Shown here: one piece after another, positions 57,952 through 64,000 of the stretch
How positions within the stretch are numbered: the first letter of the stretch is position 1
Layout: every line of letters starts with the position of its first letter
Source of the DNA: Planctomycetota bacterium
GTDB taxonomy: Bacteria; Planctomycetota; UBA8108; SXIK01
Reading direction: 5' to 3'
Assembly: GCA_965223265.1 (NCBI GenBank)
Contig: OZ244999.1
Coordinates: 6,784,001 to 6,848,000 of the forward strand
Length of the DNA stretch: 64,000 bases
Translations under genes and position numbers: made by a program
The notes under the pieces: model-generated
Told to the model about the DNA's origin: nothing
Seen by the model: only the letters and a program-made list of their open reading frames with translations
Database searches by the model: none

Positions 57952-59652
57952 ATGAAACTGAGCGTCTTTGAACACCTCGTCGACGAAGGACTCATCGATC
58001 GCGAGCAGCTCGATGAGTGTCAGGCGATCGTCAGCGAAAGCGGCGAGCCGCTCGACCGTGTGCTGCGCGCGAAAGGGTTCGTTTCGGAGGCAGCACTCCT
58101 CGACGTCCTGAGTCGTGTCCTACGGCTCGAGCTGCGAGAGGATATCGAAGAGATCGAGGTACCGCGCGTCTTCGTCCAGCGGGTGCCGGCACAGTTCGCG
58201 CGCAACTACAATCTCGTGGGACTGTCACGCGACAATGGCACGTTCCACGTCGCCACGTGCGACCCGCTTGATATCCATCCGATGGACGAGCTCTCCAGCT
58301 TGCTCGAGGCCGACGTCGTCCCCGTGTTGTCACCGCGAGCGAAGATCACGTCTCTGATCAATCGCGCCTACCAGCGCTCTTCGACCGACGTCGACGAGCT
58401 GCTCGACGGCATCGAAGAAGATGACATGATCAGCCTGACGAAGATCGTCGACGAGTCTGAGGACGTCCTCGACATCGCGAACAAGCCGCCGATCATCAAG
58501 CTGATGAATACGATCCTCTTCGAGGCTCTGAAGATTCGCGCCAGCGACATCCATCTGCAGCCTTACGTGGATCGTCTCCAGGTACGCTACCGGATCGATG
58601 GCATTCTCTACGAAGCCAAGGTGATCCCGAAAAAGTTCCAAGACGCGATCATTTCGCGTGTCAAAGTGATGGGCAAAATGGACATCGCGGAGCGTCGACT
58701 GCCGCAAGACGGACGCACGACGATCAAGGTCGGCGACGGCGAGGTGGACGTGCGTATCTCTTCGGTGCCGACCTCCTCCGGCGAGCGCATCGTTTTTCGT
58801 CTGCTGGACAAGAGCGCCCGTCTCTACCGCTTGCACGAAATCGGACTCGGCGAAAGCAGCCTCGACTTGGTGCGCAATCTGATCAGCTATTCCCACGGAA
58901 TCGTTCTGATCACAGGCCCAACCGGAAGCGGCAAAACGACCACGCTCTACGCCGCGCTCGCTGAGATCAATTCCGAAGAAAAGAACGTCATCACGATCGA
59001 AGACCCAATCGAGTACAACATTGACGGCATCAGCCAGATTCAGGTTTCGAACAAGAAGGGCCTGACGTTCGCCTCGGGACTGCGCTCGCTCATGCGGCAG
59101 GACCCCGACGTCATGATGGTCGGTGAGATTCGAGACGGCGAGACCGCGAACATCGCCGTGCAGGCAGCGAACACCGGCCACCTCGTCTTCTCGACCTTGC
59201 ACACCAACGACTCCACCGGCGCGATTAGCCGTATGATCAACCTCGGCGTCGAGCCTTACCTCACAGCTTCGGCAGTGATCGGCGTCATCGCCCAGCGTCT
59301 CGTGCGCCTGATCTGTCCGCACTGCCGCGAGCCCTTCGAAGCGACCGACGCCCAGCTTGCTGAGCTTGGTGTCGAGCGTGGTCAGCTCGACAACAATCAG
59401 CTTTGGCGCGGCCATGGCTGCGAGCACTGTCTTGGTCGTGGACTCTTCGACCGGACCGCGATCTACGAAATCCTCGTCATCGATGAGGACGCACGCGACC
59501 AGATCATCTCCCGCACCAGCGCGTCGGTGATGAAGCAGTCTGCCGTACAGCGAGGCTTGCGGACGCTCCGCATGGACGGGGCGCAGCGGGTCGTCGAGGG
59601 CAAGACGACCATTGAAGAGGTGTTCCGCGTCACGCAGCTCGACGTTTTCTAA
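57952..59652 (+). CDS. gspE: Type II secretion system ATPase
   Basis: ASDIH, DIAERRLPQDG, GPTGSGKTTT, TIEDPIEY, RQDPDVMMVGEIRD, STLHTND, tetracysteine motif. Confidence 0.96.
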   Translation: MKLSVFEHLVDEGLIDREQLDECQAIVSESGEPLDRVLRAKGFVSEAALLDVLSRVLRLELREDIEEIEVPRVFVQRVPAQFARNYNLVGLSRDNGTFHVATCDPLDIHPMDELSSLLEADVVPVLSPRAKITSLINRAYQRSSTDVDELLDGIEEDDMISLTKIVDESEDVLDIANKPPIIKLMNTILFEALKIRASDIHLQPYVDRLQVRYRIDGILYEAKVIPKKFQDAIISRVKVMGKMDIAERRLPQDGRTTIKVGDGEVDVRISSVPTSSGERIVFRLLDKSARLYRLHEIGLGESSLDLVRNLISYSHGIVLITGPTGSGKTTTLYAALAEINSEEKNVITIEDPIEYNIDGISQIQVSNKKGLTFASGLRSLMRQDPDVMMVGEIRDGETANIAVQAANTGHLVFSTLHTNDSTGAISRMINLGVEPYLTASAVIGVIAQRLVRLICPHCREPFEATDAQLAELGVERGQLDNNQLWRGHGCEHCLGRGLFDRTAIYEILVIDEDARDQIISRTSASVMKQSAVQRGLRTLRMDGAQRVVEGKTTIEEVFRVTQLDVF

Positions 59653-59710
59653 GCCGATCGCCGCGGCGGTCGGCAACCACGGTCTTTTCGATTTCCATAG
59701 GCACACGGAC

Positions 59711-60952
59711 ATGCCCGTCTTCGAGTATCGCGCGCTCACCAAAAGTGGCAAAACGACGAAAGGCATCGTCGACGCCGACACCGCCAAGGCGGCGCGTGCG
59801 CAGCTGCGGACCAATAACGTCCACGTCACCGATATCCGCGCCCTCGCAGCGCGCAAAACGAAGGGGAAGGGTGATCAGGCCAACAAGAAAAAGAAGCTGC
59901 AGCTGGATCTGACGCTCGAGCGCGGCCTCAGCACCCGCGATCTCGCCACCTTCACGCGGCAGTTCTCGACGCTGCTGCGCAGCGGGATTCAGCTCGCCGA
60001 CGCACTGCGCGCTCTGGTCGAGCAGTGCGAACAGCGCCACTTCGAACAGATCCTCCGGAACGTCAAGGAGGAGATCACCGCTGGCAACAGTCTGGCCGAA
60101 TCGCTCGCGAAACACCCGCGCTATTTCTCGGACCTCTACGTCAACATGGTCCGCGCCGGCGAGGCGAGCGGCAACCTTGATCAGGTACTCGAGCAGCTAG
60201 CCGCGTATATTCAAAAACAAGCGAGCCTCAAGGGTAAGGTGGCCGCCGCCATCACCTATCCCGCGATCATGGTCGTCGTCGGGACGTTCGTCGTCATCTT
60301 TCTCATGACGTGGGTCGTGCCGCGGATCACACAGGTGCTGCAAGATCGCAATCAGCCGTTGCCGCTCGTCACCGAAACTCTCGTCGCCATTTCTGGTTTC
60401 TTGGTCGACTATTGGTGGATCCTGATCATTGGGGCTGCCAGCGTCTTTTTCTTCACCAAGGCGGTGCTAGCGACGGACGCGGGACGTCTGAAGTTCGACA
60501 CGGGGCTCCTACGCTTTCCTATCTTCGGACAGCTCTTCGCCAAGCAGGCGATCTCGCGCTTCGCAATGACTTTCTCTACGCTTCTCAAGAGCGGCCTTCC
60601 TGCCCTCGACGCACTCAAGATCGTCTCGCTCGTAGTCAACAATGCGCGGCTGACGCAAGTGATCAATGACATCCACGGGCGCATCCTCGAGGGTGCTGAC
60701 ATCGCTACGCCGATCAAGAGATCGAAGGTTTTTCCGCCCATGGTTGGATACATGGTGTCGGTCGGCGAGCAGAGCGGTCAGCTCGAAGAGATCCTCGATC
60801 GTCTCTCGGAGAGTTATGAGGAAGAGCTCGACTTCGCGATTCAGAAAGTTACCGCTTCGATCGAACCGATGATTATCATCGCACTGGCCGTCGTAGTAGG
60901 ATTCATCATTGCGGCTGTCCTCCTGCCGCTCCTCGATTTCTCAAACGTGTGA
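59711..60952 (+). CDS. gspF: Type II secretion system inner-membrane platform protein
   Basis: MPVFEYRAL, FTRQFSTLL, AGEASGNL, AITYP, VGEQSGQL, IEP..I..L. Confidence 0.96.
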   Translation: MPVFEYRALTKSGKTTKGIVDADTAKAARAQLRTNNVHVTDIRALAARKTKGKGDQANKKKKLQLDLTLERGLSTRDLATFTRQFSTLLRSGIQLADALRALVEQCEQRHFEQILRNVKEEITAGNSLAESLAKHPRYFSDLYVNMVRAGEASGNLDQVLEQLAAYIQKQASLKGKVAAAITYPAIMVVVGTFVVIFLMTWVVPRITQVLQDRNQPLPLVTETLVAISGFLVDYWWILIIGAASVFFFTKAVLATDAGRLKFDTGLLRFPIFGQLFAKQAISRFAMTFSTLLKSGLPALDALKIVSLVVNNARLTQVINDIHGRILEGADIATPIKRSKVFPPMVGYMVSVGEQSGQLEEILDRLSESYEEELDFAIQKVTASIEPMIIIALAVVVGFIIAAVLLPLLDFSNV

Positions 60953-61140
60953 GGTACCACAGCGTCGCCGCTCGATCGCGCCGGGCCGGGAGGCTCGAGC
61001 TCGAGAACGCGGCGGCGAGACACACGCCTCCGCGCGAGAGGCACCGAAGCGCGATGCAGGCCAGACGCAGAGACACGGAAAAGTAGAGACCAAAAGAACG
61101 ACAGAAGAGATTTCGCGAGACAAATCCAAGAGGGAGACAA

Positions 61141-61596
61141 ATGAACCAACTCACTTCACTACCTCGCGCGCTGCGACGAAAGCGAGCAGGACGCCCCGGT
61201 TTCACACTGCTCGAGCTCATTGTTGTGATCACGGTGATCGGTGTGCTCGCCAGCCTGGTCGTCATGAGGGTGTCAAACGTCGGCCCTCGGGCGCGGCGTA
61301 CGAAGATCGATTCCGACATGAAAACCGTGCTGCGCGTTGCCGAGGCCATCAAGGCCGAAACGGGACGCTATCCAGAGACCATCACCGATATGATCAACCC
61401 CACCGACGCCACCGGCGCGCCGCTGGCGGCGAGTCTCGACTCCGTGCCGCTCGACCCGTGGCAGCAGGAGTACATCTACGAAATCTACGACGGCCGGCCG
61501 TCGCTCCTCTGCCTGGGCTCGGACATGGCTGAGGGCGGCGAGGATGAGGCCCAGGATGTCAGATACCCGGAAGAAGATGACTTCGGCGGCTACTGA
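61141..61596 (+). CDS. gspG: Major pseudopilin
   Basis: GFTLLELIVV prepilin motif, GRYP, PLDPWQQEYIY, LGSD..EGGE...D. Confidence 0.92.
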   Translation: MNQLTSLPRALRRKRAGRPGFTLLELIVVITVIGVLASLVVMRVSNVGPRARRTKIDSDMKTVLRVAEAIKAETGRYPETITDMINPTDATGAPLAASLDSVPLDPWQQEYIYEIYDGRPSLLCLGSDMAEGGEDEAQDVRYPEEDDFGGY

Positions 61597-61705
61597 CAGG
61601 CCGCATCTTCGTGAAGTCGCCGCACTCGGTCGAACGCCGGCGCGAGTCGGCGATGGAGCCGGGTCGATCTTCCCGGATCGAATCGCCCGGATCGAACGAG
61701 ACCAA

Positions 61706-62329
61706 ATGGACCGCATGGCTGAAATGCAACGCCGCAGCACCACCGAGCCGTCCGCGCGGACGACCGTGACGAGGCCCTGGAGACGCCCGTCGTCGACAGC
61801 GGGGTTCACTTTTCTCGAGCTCGTCCTCGTCGTCGTCGTCATCGGCCTTCTTTTTTCCATCAGCATCATCTCCCTGCGCGGTATGGGTCCGAAGTATCGC
61901 TTGCGCTCGGCCGCCCGTCTCCTCGCCAGCGACATCGAACGCACGCGACTCTCCGCGATCTCGCGGCAGCAGTGGCTGGGCATTCGCTACGTCATCGACC
62001 CTCAAGGAAACAAAACCGTCCCCTACTATCAGGTGATTCCGCCACCGCCGGAGGACTATCCCGATCAACCACTCGAAGAGCGCCAGCTGCATTCCCCGCA
62101 GGAACTTCCAACCACAGTGCGCTTTCGCGAGATCCGTCTCGCCAACGGCCAGACGGCGTCGGGCGGCGACGTCAGTATTCTCTTCGCACCGCAAGGCAAC
62201 ACGGGCAGTCACATCGTCGTGCTTGAAGGCGCCGAGGATCGCGTCATGGCGATCAAAGTGAATTCGATCACCGGGCTGACAGATTTCTACGAGACCGATC
62301 TAGCGGACTTCCAACACTTCGAAGGTTAG
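61706..62329 (+). CDS. gspH: Minor pseudopilin, GspH-like (start uncertain)
   Basis: AGFTFLELVLVVVVIG, LRSAARLLASDI..R..AI, ILFAPQG; follows gspG. Confidence 0.8.
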   Translation: MDRMAEMQRRSTTEPSARTTVTRPWRRPSSTAGFTFLELVLVVVVIGLLFSISIISLRGMGPKYRLRSAARLLASDIERTRLSAISRQQWLGIRYVIDPQGNKTVPYYQVIPPPPEDYPDQPLEERQLHSPQELPTTVRFREIRLANGQTASGGDVSILFAPQGNTGSHIVVLEGAEDRVMAIKVNSITGLTDFYETDLADFQHFEG

Positions 62330-62335
62330 CAGCTG

Positions 62336-62887
62336 ATGCACTCCCTCTGCGATGCCCACAGCCATGTCAGAGCCGCACAAGCTGTTCGGAGCTCGGCGGG
62401 ATTCACACTGCTCGAGCTGATCGTCGCGATCACGATCCTCGCCAGTTTCATCCTCCCGCTTCTGGACATCCTCTCGAAGGCAAAGATTCGCACGACGATC
62501 GCGACGCAGGAGCGGCAGCTGCGGGACTTCGCGCACCGCAAGCTCTTCGACCGCATGCACTTTTACGAAGAAGAGGACAGCGGCGACTTCGCCGCGGAAG
62601 GGCGTGCCGAGTGGACGTGGGAGATTCTGCCCTTGCAGCTTGTCGGGCAGGGAGAGCAAGCGCTCTTGGAGTACACGATCGAGGTCTATACCCCGCAAAA
62701 GTTAGGTGGCCGCAGCGAGGAGCACGCCAGCGAGGAAGGTTCGGTCTATCGCTTCAGCGCCTGGACCTTCCCAGACCCCCAGTGGTACGACGAGCAGGAG
62801 CAGCTCAACGCCATGGGGTACGACTCGCTCCTCTACGGCAGCGCCACGGGCGCCGTAGGCGGTGGCTTGCCGCCGCTGCCCCGATAG
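62336..62887 (+). CDS. gspI: Minor pseudopilin, GspI-like
   Basis: AGFTLLELIVAITILA, SGDF...WTWE; operon position. Confidence 0.78.
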   Translation: MHSLCDAHSHVRAAQAVRSSAGFTLLELIVAITILASFILPLLDILSKAKIRTTIATQERQLRDFAHRKLFDRMHFYEEEDSGDFAAEGRAEWTWEILPLQLVGQGEQALLEYTIEVYTPQKLGGRSEEHASEEGSVYRFSAWTFPDPQWYDEQEQLNAMGYDSLLYGSATGAVGGGLPPLPR

Positions 62888-62923
62888 CGGCCGAGAGCGT
62901 CATGAGATGACGGAGACTGGACG

Positions 62924-64000
62924 ATGAACCCAACCCGAACAATCCACTGCAGGCCGGCCGCGATCGAGCAGGGAAAACGCAGGGCCGGCTGCAGCTGTCG
63001 GCTCAGCCCGCGACGCCTTGCGTCGCGGCACGGGTTCACGCTCGTTGAAGTCGTTTTGGCCATGACGCTCCTGGTTACGGTGCTCGCCGTGTCGTACAAC
63101 GTCATCGTCGACTGCCTCGAAACCGATCGTCAAATCGACAAAGTCGCCCTGCCAGAAAAAGTCGGGGAGGGCGTCATGATGCTCTTTCGACGCGACCTCG
63201 CGGGCGTCTACTTTCGCCAGCTCGGGCGTCGCATCTTTTTCATCTCTGACGGCGGGTCGCCGCCCAATTCGCGCGACGAGATGCGACTGATCACAACGGT
63301 TCCGCCGACGCCAATCGAAGAGCTCGAGGGTGGCGCGAACACTGTGTATCAAAGTCGGTCCCTTACGGGAGTCCACTACTTCCTGCGGGACAACCCGGAC
63401 GTCCAGGACGTGCGAGCGATGACACTGTTTCGCAAGGAAATCACCACCTTCGACCCGATCGCGCCACTCGATGCGCCGGGCGCCGCGTATGAAGTCTACG
63501 ACAAAGTGGCGTACTTGAACATCGAAGCGTTCGACGGCTTTCTGTGGACGCCCGAGTGGGATTCCGAAGTGCAAATCGCTGTCGAAGAAGAGGAACTGGC
63601 GTTTTACCAAGAGCAGCAGCAGGGTCAAATCGCGCGCGTCTCAGCTGCCCAGGCGCCAGTCGAGACGATCAACGCCGCGCCGGGAGTCGCGCCGACGGCG
63701 ACGACCGACCAGATTTCCCTGCCGTCAGCCGTACCTTCGGCTGTTCGCGTCGAGTTCGGGGTTTACGTTGGTCGCGGCAACACTGTCGAATTCGACAGTA
63801 ACGGCGAACCGATTTTGAAGGTCTACTCTGCCACCGTGCCGATCATCACCGCTCGCAGGATGTTCATCAGCGGCGGCGAAGACAGCGGCATGGGCGATGG
63901 CGGGAGCGGCAGTGGGGTCGAGTCATTCAACCGTACCGGCGGCGACGCGGGGGCCGCACCCGGAGGCAACGCGCCGACCGGCGGGCTCCCCGGAGGACGT
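62924..64000 (+). CDS. gspJ: Minor pseudopilin, GspJ-like (runs off the window; absent from the ORF track)
   Basis: ATG 62924; HGFTLVEVVLAMTLL, FRRDL, VHYFLR, W..EWDS, PSAVRV; no stop seen before 64000. Confidence 0.8.
   Translation, partial: MNPTRTIHCRPAAIEQGKRRAGCSCRLSPRRLASRHGFTLVEVVLAMTLLVTVLAVSYNVIVDCLETDRQIDKVALPEKVGEGVMMLFRRDLAGVYFRQLGRRIFFISDGGSPPNSRDEMRLITTVPPTPIEELEGGANTVYQSRSLTGVHYFLRDNPDVQDVRAMTLFRKEITTFDPIAPLDAPGAAYEVYDKVAYLNIEAFDGFLWTPEWDSEVQIAVEEEELAFYQEQQQGQIARVSAAQAPVETINAAPGVAPTATTDQISLPSAVPSAVRVEFGVYVGRGNTVEFDSNGEPILKVYSATVPIITARRMFISGGEDSGMGDGGSGSGVESFNRTGGDAGAAPGGNAPTGGLPGGR

Noticed and set aside
58330-59856. Long antisense ORFs (508 aa opposite gspE; also 11574-12923 and 16667-17698)
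   Set aside because: Expected shadow ORFs of high-GC coding strands.
1-64000. CRISPR array, tRNA, rRNA, intein or intron
   Set aside because: No regular repeat-spacer series, cloverleaf, rRNA signature or interruption of nrdJ was seen.

Overview
GC-rich chromosomal window from a diderm bacterium, most likely Planctomycetota/PVC (inferred from the L28 insertion, the ECF/anti-sigma and Ser/Thr kinase signalling genes, LpxA and LptF/G). It is mostly housekeeping and metabolic: rpmB, class II ribonucleotide reductase nrdJ, pcnB, lpxA, metX, pcm, peptidases, AmmeMemoRadiSam amrB/amrS, hemL-hemE/hemA-hemC-hemD, ilvE, a pheA fusion and leuA-cimA, ending in a type II secretion operon (gspD-E-F-G-H-I-J, cut off by the window edge). 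No rRNA, tRNA, CRISPR array or transposase was seen. Highlights: (1) a candidate signalling system for the T2SS, made of a membrane Ser/Thr kinase, an FHA-GAF sigma54 activator and a secretin-like protein with only periplasmic N-domains, followed by a sigma54 promoter, with the same 19-bp palindrome upstream of both the regulator genes and the T2SS promoter; (2) two MITE families with YTAR target sites, one copy inserted in frame (258 bp = 86 codons) in that protein's signal-peptide region and lacking the stop codon found in its intergenic sister copy; (3) a chorismate mutase-prephenate dehydratase fused to a DAHP synthase domain that has lost its catalytic motifs; (4) a Leu/Ile leader-peptide attenuator before leuA-cimA; (5) a roughly 960-nt structured region between an NrdR-box promoter and nrdJ; (6) an ECF sigma / HEAT-repeat anti-sigma / double secretin-like locus. 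All calls are by eye, several start codons are best guesses, and no database search was run.
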